Of a DNA stretch of 64,000 bases, positions 47,347 to 57,786 are shown in pieces. The stretch lies in the NCBI GenBank assembly GCA_965222975.1, contig CBDCVJ010000053.1:2269-66268 (forward strand), given 5' to 3'. Source of the DNA: Saprospiraceae bacterium. GTDB taxonomy: Bacteria > Bacteroidota > Bacteroidia > Chitinophagales > Saprospiraceae. The translations under genes and the position numbers were made by a program. Each line of letters begins with the position of its first letter. Within the stretch, counting starts at the first letter, position 1. Below the pieces are notes generated by a model, which saw only the letters and a program-made list of their open reading frames with translations, was not told the DNA's origin and searched no databases.

Positions 47347-47733
47347 TTACCAGCGGTTTCCGCCGCCGCCGCCGTAGCCTCCTCCGCCACGTCCGCCGCC
47401 GTAACCACCACGGCCACCGCCGCCGCCGCCGTAGCCTCCTCCGCCACGTCCGCCGCCGTAACCACCACGGCCACCGCCGCCGCCACGGCTGCCTCTATCT
47501 TCAGCCTGCTTTACAACAATTGTTCTTCCGTCCATCTCAGTTTCGTTAAGGCCCCTAATGGCATTCTCCGCTTCTTCGTCGTTTGGCATTTCAACAAATC
47601 CAAAACCTTTGGAACGGCCTGTGAATTTGTCACTAATAATGTTGCAAGAACTGACTTCACCATATTCTTCGAATGCGGATTGAAGGTCGTTTACTTGCGT
47701 GTCGTAGTTTAATTTTGCTACGAAGATGTTCAT
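47347..47733 (-). CDS. RRM-type RNA-binding protein with Gly/Arg/Tyr-rich tail
   Basis: RNP2 IFVAKL and RNP1 KGFGFVEM. The C-terminal tail is RGGYGGGRGGGGYGGGGGG repeated. Confidence 0.9.
   Translation of the reverse strand: MNIFVAKLNYDTQVNDLQSAFEEYGEVSSCNIISDKFTGRSKGFGFVEMPNDEEAENAIRGLNETEMDGRTIVVKQAEDRGSRGGGGGRGGYGGGRGGGGYGGGGGGRGGYGGGRGGGGYGGGGGNRW
47361..47474. repeat. Perfect 57-bp tandem duplication (2 copies) inside the Gly-rich tail
   Basis: 47361-47417 is identical to 47418-47474, encoding a 19-aa RGG/YGG unit. Confidence 0.9.
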
Positions 47734-48517
47734 TTCAAAAAAAATTAAAAATTAAAAATAACTGAGAACCCGTGGGAAAGCAAAATAATGTAGGATCAAA
47801 TAAGGAAATTAAATACTTGTAGGCTGGAAGATGGATTGTGAGTTGGGAAAACTGACGAATGCTTACTTACAGAACTACTGATTAACCTCTTAACGAATAT
47901 AACTTACTTGCTAATCAGCGAATTACTCAAAGAACGGGGCAAAGGTAAGCGCTTTTTCATATCAGTGTTAGCTTTTTTTCAAATTACTAAAAATGCGCCA
48001 GATAGACATTTGTTATTTTATAATGTATGTGGCAGTGTTTTGGGCTGGGTTTTGAAAAACCAATGTGTTCTCAAATTCATTTTGAGTTTGTCTGTGGCTT
48101 AACCAACTGTTGCCTTTTAATCTTTACCCTTTACTATTTCCTAATTGTATTTTTGCGAACGTAAACCACTTAAAGTTTACCATTTCATCCGTATAATGGT
48201 AAAACTGTCGGAAAAAAGATCAGGCCTTTGCTTGACCATCCCTAACTTGCAGGCTGTTCCTTTTATAGAGGATATGGCGTTTTGCAAAAAACCAAGTGAA
48301 GTACATATTTCAACCCCCTATTCTTGATACAGGAAGGAAAAATGTTATTTATTTTAAGGTTTTCCTAGAATGAATTTGGAAATGAACATCCTTCCCAATT
48401 GAAATAGGGGCAAATTATCGTTCTGCATTTTCAATGGAAAAAATTGCATCACAATTAAATGATTTTACCCAGTTGGAAATATCATTCACACATTTATATT
48501 TTTTTAAAATAGTCGAA

Positions 48518-51500
48518 ATGAAAAAAATCTTGACAATCTGTTTCAACACGTTATTAGCGGGCATGCTCTTTGGCCAACAAGTGCCTAATCTCTGGAAGCA
48601 AGTTCAATACAATGAGATATTCCTTCCTGAAAAATCAGAAACAATTGATATGCCCACCAATTTTATCACCTATTCATTGGATTTGGATGCTCTGCGGAAT
48701 CATTTAAGGGATGCCCCTTTAGAAGGTTCACAGGAAGCAAAAGCTGGGGTGCTAAGGGTTCAGTTGCCAATGGAAAATGGGGAAATGGAGACATTTCGGG
48801 TGTGGGAGACATCTGTTATGCACCCTGATCTTGCAGCGAAATATCCGATGATTAAAACATTTGCTGGTAAAGGGCTGGACCATCCTTCCTATACGGTTCG
48901 GTTGGGTTTTGGGCTGGATGGGTTTCACGCAATCATAAAAAATCATAGTGGTGGAGTGGCAATCTCGCCCTATGCGACGAATCAGGTAAAATATTATGCA
49001 TGCACCAATGTAACGGAATTGTTGAAATCTTCTCTTGACTTGGTTAATTGTGGGCATGTAAATGCCGCAAATACCGAAGACCAACCTATAGATGATTCTT
49101 CTTCTCCATCAGATCATGACGAGGTTCAACTTCGAGGCGGGGGAGAGGGCGCCAACGCCAAGTTGAGAATCTATTTTTATGCTTTATCATGTACCGGCGA
49201 ATATGCTCAACTATATGGGAGTGATAAGGATCAAGTCATGTCTGCTTTTGTCACCTCTACCAATTTATTAAACAGCGTACTTGAACCTGAATTGGGGATT
49301 CGGCTGGTTCTTGTGCCAGATAATGATCTTTTAATATTTCTCGATCCAGATAATGATCCTTATAACCAGGTTGGAGATGCTACCGCGCTAGGCGATCAAA
49401 ACGTCAACACGGTGAACCAGATTATAGGGGAAATGAATTATGATATTGGCCACTTGTTCGTAAGGACACCTTGTGAGTTACCGAATGGGGTGGGCATTGG
49501 CGGACAAAGTCAGGGGCGTTTTTGCACGCCCAATAGAGCAGCGAACTATTCATGTACAGGCAATTCGAATATCGTCTCCTTTACGCTCAATACCGCTACC
49601 CATGAAATGGCTCATGCCCTGACTGCTTCTCATTCATTCAACAATTGCCCTGGGGTCTATAATTTTGCAGTTGTTTCAGCAGCGGGGTGGGAACCTGGCA
49701 GTGGCAGTACGATTATGTCTTATCAGGGGGCTTGTCCAGGAGGTGGCCAGCCACCACCAATACCACCCAACAACAATATTCCAGGGCCAGGTGGATTTTA
49801 TTACCACTCTGGGAATATAAACCAAATGTGGAATTTTATTACGCAGGGCGCTGGATCGGCCTGCCCAAGTACTATTGAAACCGGGAACCGTACCCCAATT
49901 GTTGAATTGGACTATGAGAATGGTTTCTACATCCCGATTGGAACTCCTTTTGAATTGGAAGCTACTGCATCAGATGAGGATGGGGATCCTTTGACTTATT
50001 GCTGGGAACAAATAGACACGGACAACCCAGCCCAATTGGGGCAACCAACGGGAGAATCCCCCCTTTTCAGAAGCTTCGACCCCAACCCCTCGCCCGTGCG
50101 TTATTTTCCCAATTTATCAAGTATCCTGAACAATACTTCCGATATCACAGAAGTATTGCCATCCTATTCGAGAATTATGTCTTTTCGGGTTGCCGTGCGT
50201 GACAATAACATTGACGAAGGGGCAGGCGGCATCACTTGGGAAGATGTTATTTTCAATGCCACCAATACAGCCGGCCCTTTTTTGGTTACCTATCCAAATA
50301 CAGGTGCTGAAAAATGGGTTGCAGGGGAAGAGGTTGAAGTAACTTGGGAGGTCGCCAATACGGACAATGATATTGTGAACTGCAAAGCCGTGGATATCTG
50401 GCTGTCCTCCGACGGTGGTAATACATTTGATTATCTGGTTGTTTCAAATTCTCCAAATGATGGCAGTGAAATTTTTACCGTACCAGATTATGTTGGCACC
50501 GATATCCGGTTGAAAATCAAAGGCTCCAATAACATCTTTTTTGATGTTTCCAACTTCAATTTTGAAATCAAAGCGGCTGACGAACCGGGTTTTTCCATGG
50601 TCATTGGCCCACAATTTCAAACGTCTTGCCTTCCAGCTAACAATTTAGTTGAGTTGGATGTAAATCCAATTTTGGGTTTCGACCAACCAGTTGAACTGGA
50701 GGTAGTGGAAGGACTTCCCCCAAATGCTATTGTTAATTTTAGTACAAACCCCGTTATGCCGGGAGCCTCAACCACCCTTGATTTTGATCTAAATGATGTA
50801 ACAGAAACTGGTGTATTTGAAGTAATCCTGCGTGCTGTTTCTGGTATGGATACTACTTACCGTTCTATTTTTCTGGATGCCGTGTACAATGATTTTTCTG
50901 ATCTTGTCTTGGAAGGCCCGGTGAATGGTGGTTCGGGCTATGGCTTACTACCTACATTTACATGGACAGATTTGCCTCAGGCAGACCGCTATGACTTTCA
51001 ATTGTCCACAACTCCGCATTTTGAACCAGATGACATCATTGACGAGATCAACGACGTAACTAGCACCAGTTATACTCCAAATTTTGCGTTGGAAGAAAAT
51101 TCAATTTATTATTGGCGTGTACTTCCGCACAATAGGTGTGGGAAAGGCGAATTTTCCCTTAAAAGTGTTTTCCAAACTTTTAATTCTGAATGTACTTCAA
51201 AAAAGAGTACAGATGTCCCAGTTTCCATTTCAGGAACTGGCCTTCCGGTGATAGAATCGGTTATAACTGTTTTGGAAAGTGGATTCATATCTGATGTCAA
51301 CATTAAGGACCTCAAGGGAACGCATGATGCCCTTCCTGATCTGCGGGTTACATTGATCAGCCCTGATGAAACGAAGGTGATTTTATTTGAAGAGATATGC
51401 GGCAACGTTTCAAATTTCGAGCTTGACCTCAATGATGAATCACCATTTGATATTGAATGCCCTCCACTCAACGGTCTTGCTTATAAACCACAAGAACCGC

Positions 51501-52237
51501 TCGCCAATTTTAAGGACGAAAATACCCTTGGCAACTGGACTTTAGAAGTGGCTGTAATCAATACTGCCGGCCAGGGAGGCAGCCTGCAAGGATGGACTTT
51601 AGAATTTTGCGCAAGCATTACTCCAGACCATCCTTTTTTGTTGGAGAACGATACTATTTATGTGAAACCCAATGATACCAGAACTATACATCATTCCGAA
51701 CTTTGGGCTGCTGACCCAGATGACGCTACCACTGACCTTCGTGTTAATATTCTCGACGAAACGAAGTTTGGCTATATTTCCAAAAATGGGGTGCAATTGG
51801 GAGTTGGTGACTTTTTTAAATTTACTGATATTTATAACGGTTTTGTCACTTATACGAACACAGAGCCTGATGCTGAATCTGATTTTTTCACATTTACGAT
51901 TACCGACGGTCACGGAGGGCTTTTTGGGACACCGAAGTTTAATATCGTCATTGATGAAAATGCAATCACAGGTGTGGATGACTTAGGGTATGAAAATACA
52001 ATAGCACTCTATCCAAACCCCGCTGCTGACTTGCTGAATATCCATTTTATAACGCCACTTACCTCAGATGCAGATATTTTTATTTCTGAAGTGCAGGGTA
52101 GGGTGGTATTACAACAGCAAGTGAGTCAAACTGAATTGGCGCAAATTGATCTTCATGACTTAGCAGATGGCATCTATTTCTTGACAGTTCAGACTAAAAG
52201 TGGGGTAGTGACGGAGAAATTTGTGGTGCAGCATTAA
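48518..52237 (+). CDS. Secreted zinc metalloprotease (reprolysin/M12B-like) with proprotein-convertase P-domain and T9SS C-terminal sorting domain
   Basis: Start moved to ATG 48518 (MKKILTICFNTLLAGMLF). Zinc site HEMAHALTASHSFNNC. P-domain-like LPDLRVTLISPDETKVILF...GNWTLEV...GWTLEFC. CTD LYPNPAADLLNIHF...GIYFLTVQT. Confidence 0.8.
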   Translation: MKKILTICFNTLLAGMLFGQQVPNLWKQVQYNEIFLPEKSETIDMPTNFITYSLDLDALRNHLRDAPLEGSQEAKAGVLRVQLPMENGEMETFRVWETSVMHPDLAAKYPMIKTFAGKGLDHPSYTVRLGFGLDGFHAIIKNHSGGVAISPYATNQVKYYACTNVTELLKSSLDLVNCGHVNAANTEDQPIDDSSSPSDHDEVQLRGGGEGANAKLRIYFYALSCTGEYAQLYGSDKDQVMSAFVTSTNLLNSVLEPELGIRLVLVPDNDLLIFLDPDNDPYNQVGDATALGDQNVNTVNQIIGEMNYDIGHLFVRTPCELPNGVGIGGQSQGRFCTPNRAANYSCTGNSNIVSFTLNTATHEMAHALTASHSFNNCPGVYNFAVVSAAGWEPGSGSTIMSYQGACPGGGQPPPIPPNNNIPGPGGFYYHSGNINQMWNFITQGAGSACPSTIETGNRTPIVELDYENGFYIPIGTPFELEATASDEDGDPLTYCWEQIDTDNPAQLGQPTGESPLFRSFDPNPSPVRYFPNLSSILNNTSDITEVLPSYSRIMSFRVAVRDNNIDEGAGGITWEDVIFNATNTAGPFLVTYPNTGAEKWVAGEEVEVTWEVANTDNDIVNCKAVDIWLSSDGGNTFDYLVVSNSPNDGSEIFTVPDYVGTDIRLKIKGSNNIFFDVSNFNFEIKAADEPGFSMVIGPQFQTSCLPANNLVELDVNPILGFDQPVELEVVEGLPPNAIVNFSTNPVMPGASTTLDFDLNDVTETGVFEVILRAVSGMDTTYRSIFLDAVYNDFSDLVLEGPVNGGSGYGLLPTFTWTDLPQADRYDFQLSTTPHFEPDDIIDEINDVTSTSYTPNFALEENSIYYWRVLPHNRCGKGEFSLKSVFQTFNSECTSKKSTDVPVSISGTGLPVIESVITVLESGFISDVNIKDLKGTHDALPDLRVTLISPDETKVILFEEICGNVSNFELDLNDESPFDIECPPLNGLAYKPQEPLANFKDENTLGNWTLEVAVINTAGQGGSLQGWTLEFCASITPDHPFLLENDTIYVKPNDTRTIHHSELWAADPDDATTDLRVNILDETKFGYISKNGVQLGVGDFFKFTDIYNGFVTYTNTEPDAESDFFTFTITDGHGGLFGTPKFNIVIDENAITGVDDLGYENTIALYPNPAADLLNIHFITPLTSDADIFISEVQGRVVLQQQVSQTELAQIDLHDLADGIYFLTVQTKSGVVTEKFVVQH

Positions 52238-52292
52238 ATTGCTTATATTTACATCTTCATAATTTTTATGTTTTTAAAAAATAATAATAAAG

Positions 52293-52319
52293 GCCAGAGA
52301 GATTCTCTCTGGCTTTTTT
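52293..52319 (+). terminator. Rho-independent terminator
   Basis: GCCAGAGAG-ATT-CTCTCTGGC followed by TTTTTT. Confidence 0.8.
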
Positions 52320-52343
52320 GTTTTCCGATCTACCTTATTTTTA

Positions 52344-53279
52344 TTAACCCAATAACCCTCCAAAGCGCTCATTAAAACCTGCAATCCCTTGCAGCCCACC
52401 AGTATGTAACATCACGACTGTTGAACCTTTTTCAAAAAAGCCCTTCCCAGCCAGGTCAAAAAGGGCGAACATCAATTTCCCCGTATAGATGGGGTCGAGC
52501 GGGATACTGAATTTTTTTTTGAAATCATTGATAAATTCAATGAGTTCTGGTCTGAACTTGGCATAACCACCAAAATGGTATTCATCATTTACTTTCCAAT
52601 TTTTGAAATATGGCATTCCACATTTTTCCAAAAAACCATTGACTTCTTTTTCCATAAATCCTCCTTTCAAAACTGGAATGCCAAGTACTTGCCCCTTTTC
52701 TTTTATGCCAACAATAAGACCAGCTAAAGTAGCACCTGTGCCGCAAGCAGAGCAAACATAGTCAGGCGAGTTTGGAAGTTGCATTTTCAATTCATCAGCC
52801 AATTCGGCAACACCTTTAAGAGCCAGGCAATTAGAACCGCCTTCTGGTAGGATGTAATACACATTAGGATTAATTTTAAGGTCTTCAAATATGGAATTCT
52901 GGTTTTTATTTCTGAATTTTGTCCTACTCACATGTATTAGTTCCATTCCGCACATTTCCGCATACTTTAAAGTCGGGTTCATTGGCAACACTTTTTCACC
53001 TCTGACAATACCCAAAGTTGAAAAGTTGAAAGCTTTGCCAGCAGCTGCCGTTGCTGCCAAATGGTTGCTATATGCACCGCCGAAGGTCAGCAGCTTGGTA
53101 TGACTGAGCCGCTTGGCTTCCAGTAGGTTGTATTTCAACTTTCGCCATTTGTTGCCGGATATATCTGGGTGCAACAAGTCATCCCTTTTGACCAACAAAC
53201 GGATTCCCTGCTGTGAAAAAACGGCTGGTCTAATCTCCTGAACGGGTGATATCTTATTTTGAAATACGTGGATTTCCAT
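52344..53279 (-). CDS. ACC deaminase / D-cysteine desulfhydrase-family PLP enzyme
   Basis: Start moved to ATG 53279. PLP-lysine motif SGNKWRKLKYNL. GGAYSNH and GTGATLAG also present. Confidence 0.75.
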   Translation of the reverse strand: MEIHVFQNKISPVQEIRPAVFSQQGIRLLVKRDDLLHPDISGNKWRKLKYNLLEAKRLSHTKLLTFGGAYSNHLAATAAAGKAFNFSTLGIVRGEKVLPMNPTLKYAEMCGMELIHVSRTKFRNKNQNSIFEDLKINPNVYYILPEGGSNCLALKGVAELADELKMQLPNSPDYVCSACGTGATLAGLIVGIKEKGQVLGIPVLKGGFMEKEVNGFLEKCGMPYFKNWKVNDEYHFGGYAKFRPELIEFINDFKKKFSIPLDPIYTGKLMFALFDLAGKGFFEKGSTVVMLHTGGLQGIAGFNERFGGLLG

Positions 53280-53715
53280 GAAAGTTTTCTGAAATATTTT
53301 GGTAAAAAACGGGAAAAAGCAGGGTTTTTCCACCAATTAGTACATATTAAGAATTTTCGGAATAATTTATGTGGCAATATGATGGCTGTATTCCCTTAAT
53401 TAATAACGCTGATTTAAATTTCCCCCTAATGAAAAAACAAACTGCTCACAAACCTAACGACCAAAAAGTAATTTCCAACAACACCCCAAGTCTGCCCACA
53501 GTGCCTCCTTCCGCTGAACCTGTTGCTAATGGAACAAAGGTGAAAAGTAATGACGGTGGATATATTTGGATTGTTTGATGGTTTTTGCCATTATGCCATG
53601 TCATGAACAGCCAGTCAACCATTGAACCATCCAACCATTTAGCTATCCAACCATTTAACCATTCCAGTCATTTTCCCTACCTTGCCTGCCATTTAAAAAA
53701 CAAACCCTTTCAACT

Positions 53716-54669
53716 ATGGCAATGCTCGAAGTAATTTTAGGAATGATGTTTACCTACATGGTTCTCAGCTTGTTAGGTACAACAGTCAATGAATTGATCT
53801 CCTCATGGAGAGGCTGGCGTGGGTTTTTTATGGAAGAGGGGATCAAGCGACTGCTCAAATTTGATGACGACCCATCTGTTTTCAAAAAATTTACCGATAA
53901 CGAATTTTACAAACAACTGATGCAGCACAAGGCACCCTTTCGGGTATCAAGGGCCCCTGAATGGCTCAGCTCCAAGAACTTTGTTTCTATTCTCGTCAAC
54001 ACATTGAAAAAAAGTGAAACAGCAGTGGCCAAAGTAGATGAGATGATTGAAGGGCTGCCAGAAGGGAACAAGTTGAGGGAAGTGCTGGAGCAGTTCAAGA
54101 GTGAAGGCCATGAAAATGTGGAAGCATTCAAAGGCCGCCTGCAAAACTGGTTCGACGATGTGATGGCGCACAGCAGCGGCTGGTACAAACGGCACCTGCA
54201 GATGGTGACCATGTTTGTCGGGTTGGTCATTGCCATCACCATCAATGCTGATAGTTTTGATATGTACAATACCCTCTCCAATAGTGCCACCGCCCGCCAA
54301 AGCCTCTCTAAAATGGCTGAGGCATTCGTCGCCAATAATGAAGCCCTGCCACCTCCGAAAACCTTTGCAGACTCACTTACTTTGGCGGAAATAAAATCAG
54401 AACTAAGGAATTTCACTGATTCTGAACAATATGCGAAAATTTCTAATGTGCTGGGCCTTGGATGGGATACGGGCGATATCTTCATCAGCCCTGCGGCTTG
54501 GCTGAAGCGAGTGTTGGGATGGTTTGTGACGGCATTGGCCATTTCACTGGGCGCACCTTTTTGGTTTAGTGCTTTGAAGAAAATCATTTCGATCCGTACT
54601 TCTGAAAATTCTAATAGTAATTCACCGCAAGTGGTCATAAATACTGGTGAGAAGAAAGAGGTTGCCTAA
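53716..54669 (+). CDS. Hypothetical integral membrane protein
   Basis: 317 aa with three hydrophobic helices (N-terminal, central, C-terminal). No family recognised. Confidence 0.45.
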   Translation: MAMLEVILGMMFTYMVLSLLGTTVNELISSWRGWRGFFMEEGIKRLLKFDDDPSVFKKFTDNEFYKQLMQHKAPFRVSRAPEWLSSKNFVSILVNTLKKSETAVAKVDEMIEGLPEGNKLREVLEQFKSEGHENVEAFKGRLQNWFDDVMAHSSGWYKRHLQMVTMFVGLVIAITINADSFDMYNTLSNSATARQSLSKMAEAFVANNEALPPPKTFADSLTLAEIKSELRNFTDSEQYAKISNVLGLGWDTGDIFISPAAWLKRVLGWFVTALAISLGAPFWFSALKKIISIRTSENSNSNSPQVVINTGEKKEVA

Positions 54670-54778
54670 AGTTACTTGGTGGCTCGACCCAGCAGGTTTT
54701 AGGTTTTTCCAACTTATCAATTGGCTCCTGCCGGTAATGATGTTTTCTTAGCCTGCCGCTCTATTTTCTGGACAGATT

Positions 54779-57550
54779 TTAAAGCGAAAACTGAACCCCA
54801 AACACCACCTGCCTGCTCCGGTAATAGCTTTCAAATGGTTCTGCCCCTCCTGCAATTGCAAGGTTATATTCATGATAAACAGGCTCAGGGTCAATGCCCG
54901 TATAGCGGGTCAAAGTAAGCAGATCGTGCCCTGCTAAATAGATGCGGATGTTCCCCTTTTTCATGGGTGGCCGAAACCCAACTGAGAGATAGTCGAGTTT
55001 AAGGAAAGCTGCATTTTCAAGAAAAATATCAAGAACGGCCGATTCTCGATGGGTTCTTTCGCTATTGAAGTACTTTGTCTTAACAATATTGTTTTCGCTG
55101 CCCCCATTTATTTCCAACAAATACCTCGTATAGTTGTACAAATTATGCCCAACAATACTTCTAAGTTTAATGGCCATATCCCATTTTTTCCATTTCAATT
55201 CGTTCGAAAAAGTCAACTCAAAAGATGGTTTGGTTTGTCCTATAATCTCTTCCAATGTAGTATTGTCAGGATTGAGGATTAGGGCGTACCTGCCATTTTC
55301 AATGGTGCCATCCGTTCTGTTGCCAAAAAATTGCCCAACCTGTTCATAGGGTTCTAACCAAATGTTATTAAAACTTATGGGTTCGTTTGTATCTGAGAAC
55401 TTGTAAAAGAGAGATTTATTGGTAAAAAAGCCAAGACCTGATTTCCAATACAATTTTTTATCTGCTTTTGTTTGATACGAAAAATAGGTCTCTAATCCTT
55501 TATTGCCGATTTCACCCATAGTAAAAAAATCAAGATTTTGATCGTACAAGAAGTTGTCGTACACGTTGACCAGAATATTTAATTGGTTGTTAAAAAGGGA
55601 ACAGTTTAGTTGGAGGTCAATTTCCGTTTTATATTCATTGATGTAATTTTCATGTACATTTTTTAAAGCAAGGTATTCCCCTGCAAACTGGTTACTTATG
55701 GTAGGCCCGTAGCCATAATTGTCAATCCAGAGAACACCTGTTTTGCCAAAACCCAGGGTCAGGTTTGCATCGTCAAGCCAATCAAAATCCAATATTTTTT
55801 TCAGGTTGGAGGCAATGCCGGCATGAAAAAACAATTTGCCGGCTATTGCATCGTCAATATAAACCAAGTCGTACCTGACACCGCCGAACAGATTGAAAAT
55901 GTTCCATATTGCCTCGCCTCCTGTAAAAGCCGACAACATGGCTTTTGGGTATTTTGTTTCTTCATAATCCAAATCGTCCCATTCAGAACTTGGGTCTTGG
56001 AGCATCTTAAAGTTTATATCGTTAAAGTTATTTGGACGCCTCGAAAAACTGCTTTGTTTTTCAAATAGGACAGAAGATTCAATACCAGTATATCGCTTGA
56101 TCTTCATATTCCCTAATACATGTTGTCTATTGGTCTGTATTTTACCGAATACGTGTTTTTTGTCAAACCTCGTATAATTGAGCCTTGTGCTTGTGAAAGA
56201 GTTTTGCCCTATCATGAGGTTTCTTCGCCGAAAAGACAATTGGTATTCCCAAGACTTTCTCTCTGAACTTCGCTTCTTTGCATGAAAACTTCCCACCCAG
56301 TCACGGGTCCGGGCCAAATTTTTGGTAAGCAAAATATGGCCTACTGGATTTGGGAAAGCGAACTCAAACCCGAGTTTAACAGTTAGGTTTCCATTTTCAT
56401 CATACACAGGGATTGTTGGATTGTACTGAATGGCTTCCCGGAATGCGTATGGGGCTGACAGACTTGCATCCCTTTGGGTGAAAGATGAAGCCAGTGTATA
56501 AGATGTTTTCCCGTTCTTGCTTGTGCCTCGCAGGTTCAATCGGGCATTCCCTTGCTTAAAGTCCGATTGTTTTAATATGCCTTCCTCTTCATGGTAGCCG
56601 AGCGAAGCATAGATGCCTTTTCTTACCGACCCCGTTGCGTAAGATAAATGGTGTCGGTGTGAAATCCCGGTTTGAGTGATTGCTCCAATCCAGTCTGTTG
56701 ATGCCCCTTGATCATGCTGCGGTTTGAATTGACGATACTCGGTAGCATCCAGTATCGGTACGGTTTGTTGGACTGTCGCAACACCCATACTTGAATGGTA
56801 ACGCAAAACGGGCATTGCAGTATCGAATTGCATGGTCTGCACTTCGACAACACCAGCACCACCCATGATGCCATATTGGGCACCGCCCATGGCATTCTTA
56901 GTTACGGACATAGAAGCAATATCTTCAATGTTCAACCGCTCCAACGACATCTCTGGCATTCCATCAATAATGATATGGGGGGTATTTCTTTGCGTGGCAG
57001 ACGAGATGCCTCGGTTAAATAATTGGAAAGGAGCATTAGGGTTGTTTCCTGCACGTGTAACGGTTAGACCAGGTACGGTGTGCTGAAGCATAAAGGCTGC
57101 ATTGGAAGGGTTGCTTATTTCAATATTGCTTGATGAAACAATTATTTTGGAAGGTTGGCTTAGGGCACTATCCGTAAAAACAATGGGTAAGGTTTCTGGC
57201 CGACTTCTTGGGCCTCTTTTTATAACATGTACCAATGCATCCTTTTCTGGATATACTGTAAATTCAATAGGCTCAAAGCGTTTGTCATCTACCACAACCT
57301 GAATGGAGTCCTCCCTTTCATCATAAATTACAAAAACTCCCAAGATGTCCGTATAGGTTATATCTTCTGTTGCAGGTACACGGAGTTTAACACCAAGTGC
57401 GGCATTCCCATTTTTCGATTTGAGTATTTTGCCCCTATATTTAGTTTGGGCGTTTGATTCAAAACCCATAAATAAAAAAAGCAAACAAATAATTCCAATT
57501 GTCAATGAGTTACTTAGAATATAAGAATAAGAGCGATAAGAGTTGGCCAT
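54779..57550 (-). CDS. TonB-dependent outer-membrane receptor (SusC-like, CarboxypepD_reg N-domain)
   Basis: Signal peptide, regulatory-like domain (YRGKILKSKNGNAALGVKLRV), plug (GLTVTRAGNNPNAPFQLFNRGISS), and a long barrel ending VVFGVQFSL. No adjacent SusD-like gene. Confidence 0.8.
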   Translation of the reverse strand: MANSYRSYSYILSNSLTIGIICLLFLFMGFESNAQTKYRGKILKSKNGNAALGVKLRVPATEDITYTDILGVFVIYDEREDSIQVVVDDKRFEPIEFTVYPEKDALVHVIKRGPRSRPETLPIVFTDSALSQPSKIIVSSSNIEISNPSNAAFMLQHTVPGLTVTRAGNNPNAPFQLFNRGISSATQRNTPHIIIDGMPEMSLERLNIEDIASMSVTKNAMGGAQYGIMGGAGVVEVQTMQFDTAMPVLRYHSSMGVATVQQTVPILDATEYRQFKPQHDQGASTDWIGAITQTGISHRHHLSYATGSVRKGIYASLGYHEEEGILKQSDFKQGNARLNLRGTSKNGKTSYTLASSFTQRDASLSAPYAFREAIQYNPTIPVYDENGNLTVKLGFEFAFPNPVGHILLTKNLARTRDWVGSFHAKKRSSERKSWEYQLSFRRRNLMIGQNSFTSTRLNYTRFDKKHVFGKIQTNRQHVLGNMKIKRYTGIESSVLFEKQSSFSRRPNNFNDINFKMLQDPSSEWDDLDYEETKYPKAMLSAFTGGEAIWNIFNLFGGVRYDLVYIDDAIAGKLFFHAGIASNLKKILDFDWLDDANLTLGFGKTGVLWIDNYGYGPTISNQFAGEYLALKNVHENYINEYKTEIDLQLNCSLFNNQLNILVNVYDNFLYDQNLDFFTMGEIGNKGLETYFSYQTKADKKLYWKSGLGFFTNKSLFYKFSDTNEPISFNNIWLEPYEQVGQFFGNRTDGTIENGRYALILNPDNTTLEEIIGQTKPSFELTFSNELKWKKWDMAIKLRSIVGHNLYNYTRYLLEINGGSENNIVKTKYFNSERTHRESAVLDIFLENAAFLKLDYLSVGFRPPMKKGNIRIYLAGHDLLTLTRYTGIDPEPVYHEYNLAIAGGAEPFESYYRSRQVVFGVQFSL

Positions 57551-57786
57551 GCCTTGTGGGTTTTAGTGAAAGTGGTATTCGTTAAGACGTACTTTTGGAG
57601 TTGGATGGTTCATGGGAAAAATAATTAACAATATAGAATATTTATTTATTTTCAAGAGCAGCCTCATCGTACTTTCCTTGAGATAGGACAATTTTTGAGA
57701 TAAAAAAAGGTGCAATCCCGTATTTCCATTTTATTCTATATTTTGGCATCTCGTCATTTATCACATCACCCGTCACAATTGTATTT

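Noticed and set aside
47163-47712. Ala/Thr/Val-rich ORFs 47163-47486 (-) and 47332-47712 (+)
   Set aside because: They are alternative-frame and antisense readings of the GC-rich Gly-codon repeats of the RRM protein tail. The RRM frame has clear RNP1/RNP2 motifs.
53369-53578. 69-aa ORF upstream of the membrane protein (possible 49-aa product starting MKKQTAHK)
   Set aside because: It cannot be supported beyond being an open frame: low-complexity P/S/N-rich sequence with no recognisable signal. Left unannotated.
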